From a phage, in the sequence record PZ445554.1: a stretch of DNA of 64,000 nt; one strand, given 5' to 3'. The translations under genes and the position numbers were made by a program. Position 1 is the first letter of the stretch, and every line of letters starts with the position of its first letter. Of this stretch, positions 47,894 to 59,840 are shown one piece after another. The notes under the pieces were generated by a model that ran no database searches, was not told where the DNA came from, and saw only the letters and a list, made by a program, of their open reading frames with translations.

Positions 47894-48484
47894 ATGCTCT
47901 TTACATTTTTTGATCCGATTGAATATGCGGCCAAAACGGTGAATAAAAACGCGCCGACTATTCCTATGACAGATATTTTTAGAAACTATAAAGACTATTT
48001 TAAACGCGCTCTTGCGGGATACCGCTTACGTACTTATTATATCAAAGGTTCACCACGCCCGGAAGAATTAGCAAATACTATATATGGAAATCCACAGCTG
48101 TATTGGGTTTTATTGATGTGTAATGATAATTATGATCCGTATTATGGATGGATTACTTCACAAGAAGCAGCTTATCAAGCATCTATACAAAAATACAAAA
48201 ATGTAGGTGGAGACCAAATAGTATATCATGTGAATGAGAACGGTGAAAAATTTTATAATTTAATATCATACGATGATAATCCATATGTTTGGTATGATAA
48301 AGGTGATAAAGCTAGAAAATATCCTCAATATGAAGGAGCACTTGCTGCTGTTAATACGTATGAAGATGCTGTTCTTGAAAATGAAAAACTTCGTCAAATA
48401 AAAATAATAGCAAAATCAGACATTAATTCATTTATGAACGACCTTATACGTATAATGGAGAAATCTTATGGAAATGATAAGTAA
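47894..48484 (+). CDS. 53: Baseplate wedge protein gp53
   Basis: 196 aa; AGGAGG RBS; late promoter TATAAATA upstream. Confidence 0.85.
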   Translation: MLFTFFDPIEYAAKTVNKNAPTIPMTDIFRNYKDYFKRALAGYRLRTYYIKGSPRPEELANTIYGNPQLYWVLLMCNDNYDPYYGWITSQEAAYQASIQKYKNVGGDQIVYHVNENGEKFYNLISYDDNPYVWYDKGDKARKYPQYEGALAAVNTYEDAVLENEKLRQIKIIAKSDINSFMNDLIRIMEKSYGNDK

Positions 48485-50195
48485 TAACCTTAATTGGTTT
48501 GTTGGTGTTGTTGAAGATAGAATGGACCCATTAAAATTAGGTCGTGTTCGTGTTCGTGTGGTTGGTCTGCATCCACCTCAAAGAGCACAAGGTGATGTAA
48601 TGGGTATTCCAACTGAAAAATTACCATGGATGTCAGTTATTCAACCTATAACTTCTGCAGCAATGTCTGGAATTGGAGGTTCCGTTACTGGACCGGTAGA
48701 AGGAACTAGAGTTTATGGTCATTTTTTAGACAAATGGAAAACTAACGGAATTGTCCTTGGCACGTATGGTGGAATAGTTCGCGAAAAACCGAATAGACTT
48801 GAAGGATTTTCTGACCCAACTGGTCAATATCCTAGACGTTTAGGAAATGATACTAACGTATTAAACCAAGGCGGAGAAGTAGGATATGATTCGTCTTCTA
48901 ACATTATCCAAGATAGTAACTTAGACACCGCAATAAATCCCGATGATAGACCGCTATCAGAAATTCCAACTGATGATAATCCAAATATGTCAATGGCTGA
49001 AATGCTTCGCCGTGATGAAGGATTAAGACTAAAAGTTTATTGGGATACAGAAGGATATCCAACAATTGGTATTGGTCATCTTATCATGAAGCAGCCAGTT
49101 CGTGATATGGCTCAAATTAATAAAGTTTTATCAAAACAAGTTGGTCGTGAAATTACTGGAAACCCAGGTTCTATTACAATGGAAGAAGCGACGACTTTAT
49201 TTGAACGTGATTTGGCTGATATGCAACGGGACATTAAATCACATTCTAAAGTAGGACCAGTCTGGCAAGCTGTCAACCGTTCTCGTCAAATGGCGTTAGA
49301 AAATATGGCATTTCAAATGGGTGTTGGCGGTGTAGCTAAATTTAACACAATGTTAACTGCTATGTTAGCCGGAGATTGGGAAAAAGCATATAAAGCCGGT
49401 CGTGATTCATTGTGGTATCAACAAACAAAAGGCCGTGCATCCCGTGTTACCATGATTATTCTTACGGGGAATTTGGAATCATATGGTGTTGAAGTGAAAA
49501 CCCCGGCTAGGTCTCTATCAGCAATGGCTGCTACTGTAGCTAAATCTTCTGACCCTGCTGACCCTCCTATTCCAAATGACTCGAGAATTTTATTCAAAGA
49601 ACCAGTTTCTTCATATAAAGGCGAATATCCTTATGTGCATACAATGGAAACTGAAAGCGGACATATTCAGGAATTTGATGATACTCCTGGGCAAGAACGA
49701 TACAGATTAGTTCATCCGACTGGAACTTATGAAGAAGTATCACCGTCAGGAAGAAGAACAAGAAAAACTGTCGATAATTTGTATGATATAACCAACGCTG
49801 ATGGTAATTTTTTGGTAGCCGGTGATAAAAAGACTAACGTCGGTGGATCAGAAATTTATTACAACATGGATAATCGTTTACATCAAATCGATGGAAGCAA
49901 TACAATATTTGTACGTGGCGATGAAACTAAGACAGTTGAAGGTAATGGAACTATCCTAGTTAAAGGTAATGTTACTATTGTAGTTGAAGGTAATGCTGAC
50001 ATCACAGTTAAAGGAGATGCTACCACTTTAGTTGAAGGTAATCAAACTAATACAGTAAATGGAAATCTTTCTTGGAAAGTTGCTGGGACAGTTGATTGGG
50101 ACGTTGGTGGTGATTGGACAGAAAAAATGGCATCTATGAGTTCTATTTCATCCGGTCAATACACAATTGATGGATCGAGGATTGACATTGGCTAA
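48468..50195 (+). CDS. 5: Baseplate hub and tail lysozyme gp5
   Basis: 575 aa; central T4-lysozyme-like domain (MAEMLRRDEGLRLKVYWDTEGYPTIGIGHL) and C-terminal VxGxxxxx beta-helix repeats. Confidence 0.92.
   Translation: MEMISNNLNWFVGVVEDRMDPLKLGRVRVRVVGLHPPQRAQGDVMGIPTEKLPWMSVIQPITSAAMSGIGGSVTGPVEGTRVYGHFLDKWKTNGIVLGTYGGIVREKPNRLEGFSDPTGQYPRRLGNDTNVLNQGGEVGYDSSSNIIQDSNLDTAINPDDRPLSEIPTDDNPNMSMAEMLRRDEGLRLKVYWDTEGYPTIGIGHLIMKQPVRDMAQINKVLSKQVGREITGNPGSITMEEATTLFERDLADMQRDIKSHSKVGPVWQAVNRSRQMALENMAFQMGVGGVAKFNTMLTAMLAGDWEKAYKAGRDSLWYQQTKGRASRVTMIILTGNLESYGVEVKTPARSLSAMAATVAKSSDPADPPIPNDSRILFKEPVSSYKGEYPYVHTMETESGHIQEFDDTPGQERYRLVHPTGTYEEVSPSGRRTRKTVDNLYDITNADGNFLVAGDKKTNVGGSEIYYNMDNRLHQIDGSNTIFVRGDETKTVEGNGTILVKGNVTIVVEGNADITVKGDATTLVEGNQTNTVNGNLSWKVAGTVDWDVGGDWTEKMASMSSISSGQYTIDGSRIDIG
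49930..50060 (+). repeat. 24-bp periodic coding repeats (gp5 beta-helix)
   Basis: Recurring GTTGAAGGTAAT / GTTAAAGG units encoding VxGxxxxx octapeptide repeats. Confidence 0.7.
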
Positions 50196-50229
50196 TATAC
50201 TTCCAATGAGCGCTGATTTAGGAGAATCC

Positions 50230-50724
50230 ATGGAAGGTTCTTCTATCGACGTCACCTTTACCGCTCAATTAGAAACAGGTGAAACGTTAGTATCTATAAA
50301 TATAACTAGTTACGAAGAAACTCCTGGGGTTTTAGTAGAAGAAAATCGCTTATATGGAACATATGAATCTGTGTTTGGATTTGGAAATGACGCGTTGAAA
50401 TATCGTTTAGTTGATGAATTTAAAACTGCTGCTTCATGGGAAGACCTTCCAACTGATTCTAATACTCAGTTATATTTATGGAAAGCTCCTCAAAACCTCC
50501 AGAAGACATTCACTTACGAAGTAACATTAATATATGACTACCAAGAACAAAGTGAATCTGGAGGTTCTGGCAGTAATTCTAGATCATCTTCTGATACTAC
50601 TGAACCGACAGATCCTCCTGCTCTAGTAAGAAAAACTCTCGTTAAAAATTATACTAAAACTATAGTTGGAAATTGGAGTCGTTGGGCTAATAAATTAAGA
50701 AGCTATGTGTATGAGAGGTCATAG
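50230..50724 (+). CDS. Hypothetical protein (position of T4 5.1)
   Basis: Start at Met [10 protein letters not shown] with GGAG RBS; the longer track ORF overlaps the gene 5 end. Confidence 0.5.
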
Positions 50725-51018
50725 ATGTCAGGATTAAGTTATGATAAATGTGTTACTGCTGGTCATGAAGCATGGCCTCCAACAGTTGTGAATGCTACAC
50801 AAAGTAAAGTATTCACTGGAGGAATTGCTGTTCTCGTAGCAGGTGATCCAATTACAGAACATACAGAAATTAAAAAGCCATATGAAACACATGGCGGAGT
50901 GACACAACCCAGAACTTCTAAGGTATATGTCACTGGAAAGAAAGCTGTTCAAATGGCTGATCCAATATCATGCGGTGATACTGTGGCTCAGGCATCATCT
51001 AAAGTATTCATTAAATAG
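50725..51018 (+). CDS. 5.4: PAAR-repeat spike tip protein gp5.4
   Basis: 97 aa; recognised as T4 gp5.4-like. Confidence 0.8.
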
Positions 51019-51026
51019 GATTTAAA

Positions 51027-53009
51027 ATGGCAAATACCCCTGTAAATTATCAATTAACAAGAACAGCAAATGCTATTCCCGAGATATTCGTCGGGGGTAC
51101 GTTTGCTGAAATAAAACAAAACCTCATTGAATGGCTTAATGGCCAAAATGAATTTTTGGATTATGATTTTGAAGGCTCAAGATTAAACGTTCTGTGTGAC
51201 CTTTTGGCTTATAATACATTGTACATTCAGCAGTTTGGTAATGCTGCTGTGTATGAAAGCTTTATGCGTACTGCTAACTTACGAAGTTCAGTTGTTCAAG
51301 CTGCACAAGATAACGGATATTTACCTACTTCAAAATCCGCTGCGCAGACCGAAATTATGTTAACATGCACCGACGCATTGAATAGGAATTACATTACTAT
51401 TCCTCGCGGAACTCGCTTTTTAGCATATGCAAAAGATACTTCTGTTAATCCATATAACTTTGTATCTACCGAAGATGTTATTGCTATTCGTGATAAAAAT
51501 AACCAATATTTTCCACGATTAAAATTGGCCCAAGGACGTATAGTAAGAACTGAAATCATTTATGATAAATTGACACCTATTATCATTTATGATAAAAATA
51601 TTGATAGAAACCAGGTTAAATTATACGTTGATGGAGCGGAATGGATTAACTGGACAAGAAAGTCAATGGTTCATGCTGGTTCTACATCAACAATTTACTA
51701 CATGCGTGAAACTATTGATGGAAACACTGAATTCTATTTTGGCGAAGGTGAAATTTCCGTTAATGCTTCTGAAGGAGCTCTAACTGCTAACTATATTGGA
51801 GGTCTTAAACCTACCCAGAACTCTACTATTGTTATTGAGTACATCAGTACTAACGGTGCAGATGCGAACGGCGCAGTCGGATTTTCATATGCAGATACAT
51901 TGACAAATATAACTGTCATCAACATTAATGAAAACCCAAATGATGACCCAGATTTTGTTGGGGCTGATGGCGGTGGCGATCCAGAAGATATTGAGCGTAT
52001 TCGCGAATTAGGTACTATTAAACGCGAAACCCAGCAACGCTGCGTAACCGCAACTGACTATGATACATTTGTCTCAGAAAGATTTGGTTCTATTATTCAA
52101 GCTGTTCAGACTTTCACTGATTCTACTAAACCCGGGTATGCATTTATTGCTGCTAAACCTAAATCAGGATTGTATTTAACTACTGTGCAACGTGAAGATA
52201 TTAAAAATTATCTCAAAGACTATAATTTAGCTCCTATTACGCCATCAATTATTTCTCCTAATTATCTTTTTATTAAGACTAATTTAAAAGTCACATATGC
52301 TTTAAATAAACTACAAGAATCCGAACAGTGGCTTGAAGGTCAAATAATTGATAAAATTGATCGCTATTATACCGAAGATGTAGAAATTTTTAACTCGTCT
52401 TTTGCCAAGTCTAAAATGTTAACTTACGTAGATGATGCAGATCATTCTATCATTGGTTCATCAGCTACTATTCAAATTGTTCGTGAAGTACAAAACTTCT
52501 ATAAAACGCCTGAAGCAGGTATTAAATACAATAATCAAATAAAAGATCGTTCTATGGAATCTAATACGTTTTCATTTAATTCTGGACGAAAGGTTGTAAA
52601 TCCTGATACTGGTTTAGAAGAAGATGTATTATATGACGTTCGTATAGTATCAACAGACCGAGATTCTAAAGGAATTGGTAAAGTTATTATTGGTCCATTT
52701 GCTTCTGGCGATGTTACAGAAAATGAAAACATTCAGCCGTATACGGGCAACGATTTTAACAAATTAGCAAATTCTGATGGACGCGACAAATACTATGTTA
52801 TCGGTGAAATAAATTATCCAGCTGACATGATTTATTGGAATATCGCTAAAATTAATTTAACATCTGAAAAATTTGAAGTTCAGACTATTGAATTATATTC
52901 TGACCCAACCGATGATGTTATCTTTACTCGCGATGGTTCACTGATTGTATTTGAAAATGACTTACGTCCACAATACTTAACTATCGATTTGGAGCCTATA
53001 TCACAATGA
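51027..53009 (+). CDS. 6: Baseplate wedge protein gp6
   Basis: 660 aa, size and order as in T4. Confidence 0.88.
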   Translation: MANTPVNYQLTRTANAIPEIFVGGTFAEIKQNLIEWLNGQNEFLDYDFEGSRLNVLCDLLAYNTLYIQQFGNAAVYESFMRTANLRSSVVQAAQDNGYLPTSKSAAQTEIMLTCTDALNRNYITIPRGTRFLAYAKDTSVNPYNFVSTEDVIAIRDKNNQYFPRLKLAQGRIVRTEIIYDKLTPIIIYDKNIDRNQVKLYVDGAEWINWTRKSMVHAGSTSTIYYMRETIDGNTEFYFGEGEISVNASEGALTANYIGGLKPTQNSTIVIEYISTNGADANGAVGFSYADTLTNITVININENPNDDPDFVGADGGGDPEDIERIRELGTIKRETQQRCVTATDYDTFVSERFGSIIQAVQTFTDSTKPGYAFIAAKPKSGLYLTTVQREDIKNYLKDYNLAPITPSIISPNYLFIKTNLKVTYALNKLQESEQWLEGQIIDKIDRYYTEDVEIFNSSFAKSKMLTYVDDADHSIIGSSATIQIVREVQNFYKTPEAGIKYNNQIKDRSMESNTFSFNSGRKVVNPDTGLEEDVLYDVRIVSTDRDSKGIGKVIIGPFASGDVTENENIQPYTGNDFNKLANSDGRDKYYVIGEINYPADMIYWNIAKINLTSEKFEVQTIELYSDPTDDVIFTRDGSLIVFENDLRPQYLTIDLEPISQ

Positions 53010-56000
53010 CAGTAAAAGCACCTTCAGTCACTAGTCTCAGAATTTCCAAGTTATCCGCAAATCAGGTGCAAGTACGCTGGGATGACGTTGGTGCTAATTT
53101 CTACTATTTTGTAGAAATCGCTGAGACAAAAACAAACTCGGGGGAAAATCTCCCGAGTAATCAATACAGATGGATTAACTTAGGATATACTGCAAATAAC
53201 AGCTTCTTTTTTGATAATGCTAATCCATTGACATCGTACATTATCAGAGTAGCTACAGCTGCGCAAGATTTTGAGCAGTCTGATTGGATTTATACCGAAG
53301 AGTTTGAAACTTTTGCTACAAATGCTTATACATTTCAAAACATGATTGAAATGCAATTAGCCAATAAATTCATTCAGGAAAAATTTACTCTTAATAATTC
53401 TGATTATGTTAATTTTAATAATGACACTATAATGGCTGCATTGATGAATGAATCATTTCAATTCAGCCCATCGTATGTTGATGTTTCATCAATAAGTAAT
53501 TTTATTATTGGTGAAAATGAGTATCATGAAATACAAGGTTCTATTCAGCAAGTGTGTAAGGATATTAACCGAGTTTATTTGATGGAATCAGAAGGAATTC
53601 TATATCTTTTTGAGCGCTATCAACCTGTAGTTAAAGTATCCAATGATAAAGGACAAACCTGGAAAGCCGTAAAGCTCTTCAATGACCGTGTAGGATATCC
53701 TTTATCTAAGACAGTATATTACCAATCTGCGAACACAACATACGTTCTAGGATACGACAAGATTTTCTATGGCGGCCGTAAATCGACTGACGTTAGATGG
53801 TCAGCAGATGATGTCAGATTCAGTTCGCAGGATATAACATTTGCTAAACTTGGTGACCAGTTACATTTAGGATTTGATGTAGAAATTTTTGCCACTTACG
53901 CGACTTTACCAGCGAATGTATACCGCATTGCAGAAGCTATTACTTGTACAGATGATTACATTTACGTTGTTGCCAGAGATAAAGTTAGATATATAAAAAC
54001 GAGTAATGCACCTATAGATTCTGACCCGTTATCACCAACATACTCGGAAAGACTTTTTGAACCTGATACAATGACTATAACTGGAAATCCTAAAGCAGTA
54101 TGCTATAAAATGGATTCTATCGGTGATAAAGTTTTTGCTCTTATTATTGGTGAAGTTGAAACATTAAATGCCAATCCGAGAACTTCAAAAATAATTGATT
54201 CTGCTGATAAAGGAATATATGTTTTAAATCATGACGAAAAAACATGGAAAAGAGTTTTCGGTAATACCGAAGAAGAAAGAAGACGTATTCAACCTGGATA
54301 CGCAAACATGTCAACTGACGGTAAATTAGTTTCTCTGTCTTCGAGTAATTTTAAATTTTTAAGTGATAATGTTGTTAATGACCCTGAAACTGTGGTGAAA
54401 TATCAGTTAATCGGTGCTGTTAAATATGAATTTCCCCGTGAATGGTTAGCTGATAAGCATTATCATATGATGGCATTTATAGCGGATGAAAAATCTGATT
54501 GGGAGACTTTTACTCCTCAACCAATGAAATACTACGCAGAACCGTTCTTTAATTGGTCTAAAAAATCTAACACACGCTGTTGGATAAACAACTCTAATAG
54601 AGCTGTAGTAGTTTATGCTGATTTAAAATACACTAAAGTTATAGAAAATATTCCGGAAACATCACCAGATAGATTAGTTCATGAATACTGGGATGATGGT
54701 GATTGTACGATAGTAATGCCAAATGTTAAATTCACGGGATTTAAAAAATATGCGTCTGGGATGCTTTTTTATAAATCTTCTGGTGAAATAATTTCTTATT
54801 ATGATTTTAACTATCGTGTGAGAGATACAGTAGAAATTATTTGGAAGCCGACTGGAGTATTTTTAAAAGCATTTTTACAAAACCAAGAGCATGAGACTCC
54901 TTGGTCGCCAGAAGAAGAGCATGGATTAGCTGACCCTGATTTAAGACCATTAATTGGCACAATGATGCCTGATTCTTATTTGTTGCAGGATTCGAATTTT
55001 GAGGCATTTTGTGAAGCATATATTCAATATCTTTCTGACGGATACGGAACTCAGTATAATAATTTACGAAATTTAATTCGTAATCAGTATCCACGAGAAG
55101 AGCATGCGTGGGAATATTTGTGGTCAGAGATATATAAAAGAAACATTTATTTAAATGCTGACAAACGTGATGCTGTTGCAAGATTTTTTGAATCACGTAG
55201 TTATGATTTTTATTCTACTAAAGGAATTGAAGCATCATACAAATTTCTTTTTAAAGTTCTTTATAATGAAGAAGTTGAAATTGAAATTGAATCTGGAGCT
55301 GGTACTGAATATGATATAATCGTTCAATCTGATTCTTTGACTGAGGATTTAGTAGGACAAACGATTTATACAGCTACAGGAAGATGTAATGTTACTTATA
55401 TAGAAAGAAGCTATTCTAATGGTAAATTGCAATGGACCGTAACTATTCATAATCTTTTGGGACGATTAATTGCTGGTCAAGAAGTTAAAGCAGAAAGACT
55501 CCCTAGTTTCGAAGGCGAAATTATTCGCGGGGTTAAAGGAAAGGATTTGCTTCAAAACAATATAGACTATATTAATAGAAGTAGATCATACTATGTAATG
55601 AAAATTAAATCCAATTTACCTTCTTCCCGCTGGAAATCTGACGTTATTCGTTTTGTTCATCCAGTAGGATTTGGATTTATAGCAATCACGCTTTTAACTA
55701 TGTTTATTAATGTCGGTTTAACTCTTAAACACACAGAGACAATAATTAATAAATATAAAAACTACAAATGGGATTCTGGATTACCTACTGAATACGCAGA
55801 TCGTGTAGCTAAATTGACTCCAACTGGTGAAATTGAGCATGATTCGGTAACAGGCGAAGCAATTTATGAGCCTGGCCCAATGGCTGGTGTAGAATATCCT
55901 CTTCCTGATGACTATAATGCTGAAAATAACAATTCAATATTTCAAGGTCAATTGCCGTCTGAACGACGTAAATTAATGAGTCCTTTATTTGATGCATCTG

Positions 56001-56107
56001 GAACAACATTTGCGCAATTTAGAGATTTAGTTAATAAACGTCTAAAAGACAATATAGGAAATCCGAGAGACCCTAAAAATCCAACACAGGTTAAAATAGA
56101 TGAATGA
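53006..56107 (+). CDS. 7: Baseplate wedge initiator gp7
   Basis: 1033 aa, size and order as in T4. Confidence 0.88.
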   Translation: MTVKAPSVTSLRISKLSANQVQVRWDDVGANFYYFVEIAETKTNSGENLPSNQYRWINLGYTANNSFFFDNANPLTSYIIRVATAAQDFEQSDWIYTEEFETFATNAYTFQNMIEMQLANKFIQEKFTLNNSDYVNFNNDTIMAALMNESFQFSPSYVDVSSISNFIIGENEYHEIQGSIQQVCKDINRVYLMESEGILYLFERYQPVVKVSNDKGQTWKAVKLFNDRVGYPLSKTVYYQSANTTYVLGYDKIFYGGRKSTDVRWSADDVRFSSQDITFAKLGDQLHLGFDVEIFATYATLPANVYRIAEAITCTDDYIYVVARDKVRYIKTSNAPIDSDPLSPTYSERLFEPDTMTITGNPKAVCYKMDSIGDKVFALIIGEVETLNANPRTSKIIDSADKGIYVLNHDEKTWKRVFGNTEEERRRIQPGYANMSTDGKLVSLSSSNFKFLSDNVVNDPETVVKYQLIGAVKYEFPREWLADKHYHMMAFIADEKSDWETFTPQPMKYYAEPFFNWSKKSNTRCWINNSNRAVVVYADLKYTKVIENIPETSPDRLVHEYWDDGDCTIVMPNVKFTGFKKYASGMLFYKSSGEIISYYDFNYRVRDTVEIIWKPTGVFLKAFLQNQEHETPWSPEEEHGLADPDLRPLIGTMMPDSYLLQDSNFEAFCEAYIQYLSDGYGTQYNNLRNLIRNQYPREEHAWEYLWSEIYKRNIYLNADKRDAVARFFESRSYDFYSTKGIEASYKFLFKVLYNEEVEIEIESGAGTEYDIIVQSDSLTEDLVGQTIYTATGRCNVTYIERSYSNGKLQWTVTIHNLLGRLIAGQEVKAERLPSFEGEIIRGVKGKDLLQNNIDYINRSRSYYVMKIKSNLPSSRWKSDVIRFVHPVGFGFIAITLLTMFINVGLTLKHTETIINKYKNYKWDSGLPTEYADRVAKLTPTGEIEHDSVTGEAIYEPGPMAGVEYPLPDDYNAENNNSIFQGQLPSERRKLMSPLFDASGTTFAQFRDLVNKRLKDNIGNPRDPKNPTQVKIDE

Positions 56108-57104
56108 TTCAAGTGTTATCTATCGTGCGATAGTTACTTCAAAATTTAGAACAGAAAAAATGTTGAATTTTTATAATTCAATTGGAAGTGGTCCGGATAA
56201 AAACACTATCTTTATCACATTTGGAAGATCAGAACCGTGGTCATCAAATGAAAATGAGGTGGGCTTTGCCCCACCTTATCCAACCGATTCTGTATTAGGC
56301 GTAACTGACATGTGGACGCATATGATGGGAACAGTAAAGGTTCTTCCATCAATGCTTGACGCAGTTATTCCTCGTCGAGATTGGGGAGATACTAGATATC
56401 CGGATCCATACACATTTAGAATTAACGATATTGTAGTGTGTAACTCAGCTCCTTACAACGCTACTGAATCAGGCGCAGGGTGGTTAGTATATCGTTGTTT
56501 AGATGTTCCTGATACTGGAATGTGTTCAATCGCATCTTTAACTGATAAGGATGAATGCCTTAAATTAGGCGGAAAATGGACACCTTCTGTTAGGTCAATG
56601 ACTCCTCCTGAAGGTCGAGGAGATGCTGAAGGAACAATTGAACCTGGGGACGGGTATGTATGGGAATATCTTTTTGAGATTCCGCCTGATGTATCTATAA
56701 ATAGATGCACGAATGAATATATCGTGGTTCCTTGGCCTGAGGAATTAAAAGAAGACCCGACTAGATGGGGATATGAAGATAATCTCACTTGGCAACAAGA
56801 TGATTTTGGATTAATTTACCGGGTTAAGGCAAATACTATCCGTTTTAAAGCATATTTAGATTCAGTTTATTTTCCTGATGCTGCATTGCCAGGAAATAAA
56901 GGATTTAGACAAATATCAATAATCACGAATCCTCTTGAAGCTAAAGCTCATCCAAATGACCCAAACGTTAAAGCTGAAAAGGATTATTATGATCCAGAAG
57001 ATTTAATGAGGCATTCGGGCGAAATGATTTATATGGAAAATAGGCCACCTATTATCATGGCAATGGATCAAACAGAAGAAATCAATATTCTGTTTACATT
57101 TTAA
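56100..57104 (+). CDS. 8: Baseplate wedge protein gp8
   Basis: 334 aa; followed by a terminator hairpin with U-run. Confidence 0.88.
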   Translation: MNDSSVIYRAIVTSKFRTEKMLNFYNSIGSGPDKNTIFITFGRSEPWSSNENEVGFAPPYPTDSVLGVTDMWTHMMGTVKVLPSMLDAVIPRRDWGDTRYPDPYTFRINDIVVCNSAPYNATESGAGWLVYRCLDVPDTGMCSIASLTDKDECLKLGGKWTPSVRSMTPPEGRGDAEGTIEPGDGYVWEYLFEIPPDVSINRCTNEYIVVPWPEELKEDPTRWGYEDNLTWQQDDFGLIYRVKANTIRFKAYLDSVYFPDAALPGNKGFRQISIITNPLEAKAHPNDPNVKAEKDYYDPEDLMRHSGEMIYMENRPPIIMAMDQTEEINILFTF

Positions 57105-57109
57105 ATTAA

Positions 57110-57133
57110 GGGAGCCCATGGGCTCCCTTTTTT
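57110..57133 (+). terminator. Rho-independent terminator after gene 8
   Basis: GGGAGCC-CAUG-GGCUCCC followed by UUUUUU. Confidence 0.7.
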
Positions 57134-57136
57134 CTT

Positions 57137-57144
57137 TATAAATA
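57137..57144 (+). promoter_or_regulatory. Late promoter (TATAAATA) for gene 9
   Basis: Plus strand TATAAATA about 25 nt upstream of the gene 9 ATG. Confidence 0.6.
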
Positions 57145-57168
57145 TTATAAACTCATAAGGAAACCGCT

Positions 57169-58035
57169 ATGTTCATTCAAGAACCAAAGAAATTGATTGA
57201 TACCGGCGAAATTGGTAACGCTTCTACTGGTGATATCTTATTCGACGGTGGTAATAAAATTAATAGTGATTTTAATGCAATTTATAACGCGTTTGGCGAT
57301 CAGCGTAAAATGGCAGTAGCAAATGGCACTGGCGCTGACGGGCAAATTATCCATGCTACTGGGTATTATCAAAAACACTCTATTACAGAGTACGCAACTC
57401 CAGTGAAAGTTGGCACTAGACATGATATTGATACCTCTACTGTAGGTGTTAAAGTTATTATTGAAAGAGGCGAACTCGGCGATTGTGTTGAATTCATTAA
57501 CTCTAATGGATCAATATCAGTTACTAATCCTTTAACAATTCAAGCTATTGATTCAATTAAAGGTGTTTCAGGTAATTTAGTAGTAACTAGCCCATATAGT
57601 AAAGTAACTTTACGCTGTATTTCATCTGATAATTCTACATCGGTTTGGAATTATTCTATTGAAAGTATGTTTGGACAAAAGGAATCACCAGCTGAAGGTA
57701 CATGGAATATTTCTACATCCGGATCAGTTGATATTCCACTATTTCATCGCACTGAATACAATATGGCTAAATTGTTAGTTACGTGCCAATCGGTAGATGG
57801 AAGAAAAATTAAAACGGCAGAAATAAATATTCTTGTAGATACTGTTAATTCAGAAGTCATTTCTTCTGAATATGCTGTCATGCGGGTTGGAAATGAAACA
57901 GAAGAAGACGAAATCGCTAATATTGCATTTAGTATTAAAGAAAATTATGTAACGGCAACTATAAGTTCTTCAACTGTCGGTATGAGATCAGCAGTTAAAG
58001 TTATCGCTACGCAGAAAATCGGGGTGGCTCAATAA
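57169..58035 (+). CDS. 9: Baseplate wedge / long tail fiber connector gp9
   Basis: 288 aa; late promoter TATAAATA about 25 nt upstream. Confidence 0.88.
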   Translation: MFIQEPKKLIDTGEIGNASTGDILFDGGNKINSDFNAIYNAFGDQRKMAVANGTGADGQIIHATGYYQKHSITEYATPVKVGTRHDIDTSTVGVKVIIERGELGDCVEFINSNGSISVTNPLTIQAIDSIKGVSGNLVVTSPYSKVTLRCISSDNSTSVWNYSIESMFGQKESPAEGTWNISTSGSVDIPLFHRTEYNMAKLLVTCQSVDGRKIKTAEINILVDTVNSEVISSEYAVMRVGNETEEDEIANIAFSIKENYVTATISSSTVGMRSAVKVIATQKIGVAQ

Positions 58036-59840
58036 TGAAACAAAATATTAATATCGGTAATGTTGTAGATGATGGTACCGGTGACTACCTGCGTAAAGGT
58101 GGTATAAAAATAAATGAAAACTTTGATGAGCTTTATTACGAGCTTGGTGATGGAGATGTTCCATATTCAGCCGGTGCCTGGAAAACTTATAATGCTTCAT
58201 CAGGACAAACATTAACAGCAGAATGGGGAAAATCATATGCTATTAACACTTCATCTGGAAGAGTAACTCTACAACTTCCTAAAGGAACCGTTAATGATTA
58301 TAATAAAGTAATTAAAGCTAGGGATGTATTTGCAACATGGAATGTTAATCCAGTTACTCTAGTAGCCGCTTCTGGTGATACTATTAAAGGATCATCGTCA
58401 TCAGTTGAAATTAATGTTCAATTTAGCGATTTAGAGTTAGTTTATTGTGCTCCAGGACGTTGGGAATATGTCAAAAACAAACAAATTGACAAAATTATTA
58501 GTTCAGATATTAGTAATGTAGCACGTAAAGAATTTTTAGTCGAAGTTCAAGGACAAACAGACTTTTTAGATGTTTTCCGCGGAACTAGCTATAATGTTAA
58601 TAACATCCGAGTAAAACACCGTGGTAATGAATTATATTACGGCGATGTATTTAGTGAAAACAGTGACTTTGGCTCTCCTGGGGAAAATGAAGGAGAATTG
58701 ATTCCTCTTGATGGATTTAATATTAGGTTAAGACAGCCTTGTAATATTGGTGACACTGTTCAAATTGAAACATTTATGGATGGTATATCACAATGGAGAA
58801 GTTCATATACAAGACGCCAAATAAAAGTATTAGATTCAAAATTAACGTCAAAAACTTCTTTAGAAGGAAGTATTTACGTTACTGATTTATCAACAATGAA
58901 ATCAATTCCATTCTCTGCATTTGGATTAATTCCTGGAGAACCTATTAATCCTAATTCTCTTGAAGTTCGTTTTAATGGAATTTTACAACAACAAGCTGGA
59001 ACAGCAGGATATCCTCTGTTTTTGTGTGAAGGTGCTAACTCAGATACGCAAGCAGGATGTATATCTCTTGGTGGTGAATGGAAAGAATCGAACACAGATT
59101 ATTCTATAGAATATGAAGATGGAAAACCTGTCAGTCTTTTATTTGATAGAAAATTTGAATCAGGTGATATAATCGTTATAACATGGTTTAATAATGATTT
59201 AGGAACTCTTTTAGAAAAAGATGACATTATTGAATTAACTGATGACCGTTATGTTAGTAAAGGATCATCTACTGAAGTTACTGGGGATGTAGCCTTAACA
59301 GATTTTGATAAAATCGGTTGGCCAAATGTTGAAAAAGTTGATTCTTATACTAGAACGTATAATTCAATATCATCTATTTTCGACAGCATTTATCCTGTTG
59401 GTTCAATTTATGAAAATGCTATAAACCCAAATAATCCGGTGACTTATATGGGATTTGGTTCATGGAAATTATTTGGTAAAGGACAAGTTTTAGTAGGATG
59501 GAATGATGATGTTACGGATCCAAACTTTGCTTTAAACAATAATGATTTAGATTCTAGCGGAAATCCTTCACATACTGCCGGTGGAACAGTTGGTACAACA
59601 TCAGTAACGCTTGAAAACGCAAATCTTCCTGCGACTAAAACTGATGAAAGAGTTTTAATTGAAGACGAAAATGGATCAGTTATTATTGGAGGATGTCAAT
59701 ATGACCCAGACGAAACTGGTCCTATATATACAAAATATCGTGAAGACTACGCAACAACAAACTCTTCACATACTCCTCCTACTAATATTAGTAATATTCA
59801 ACCGTCTATTACTGTATACCGTTGGATAAGGATTGCATAA
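58035..59840 (+). CDS. 10: Baseplate wedge / short tail fiber attachment gp10
   Basis: 601 aa, size and order as in T4. Confidence 0.88.
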   Translation: MKQNINIGNVVDDGTGDYLRKGGIKINENFDELYYELGDGDVPYSAGAWKTYNASSGQTLTAEWGKSYAINTSSGRVTLQLPKGTVNDYNKVIKARDVFATWNVNPVTLVAASGDTIKGSSSSVEINVQFSDLELVYCAPGRWEYVKNKQIDKIISSDISNVARKEFLVEVQGQTDFLDVFRGTSYNVNNIRVKHRGNELYYGDVFSENSDFGSPGENEGELIPLDGFNIRLRQPCNIGDTVQIETFMDGISQWRSSYTRRQIKVLDSKLTSKTSLEGSIYVTDLSTMKSIPFSAFGLIPGEPINPNSLEVRFNGILQQQAGTAGYPLFLCEGANSDTQAGCISLGGEWKESNTDYSIEYEDGKPVSLLFDRKFESGDIIVITWFNNDLGTLLEKDDIIELTDDRYVSKGSSTEVTGDVALTDFDKIGWPNVEKVDSYTRTYNSISSIFDSIYPVGSIYENAINPNNPVTYMGFGSWKLFGKGQVLVGWNDDVTDPNFALNNNDLDSSGNPSHTAGGTVGTTSVTLENANLPATKTDERVLIEDENGSVIIGGCQYDPDETGPIYTKYREDYATTNSSHTPPTNISNIQPSITVYRWIRIA

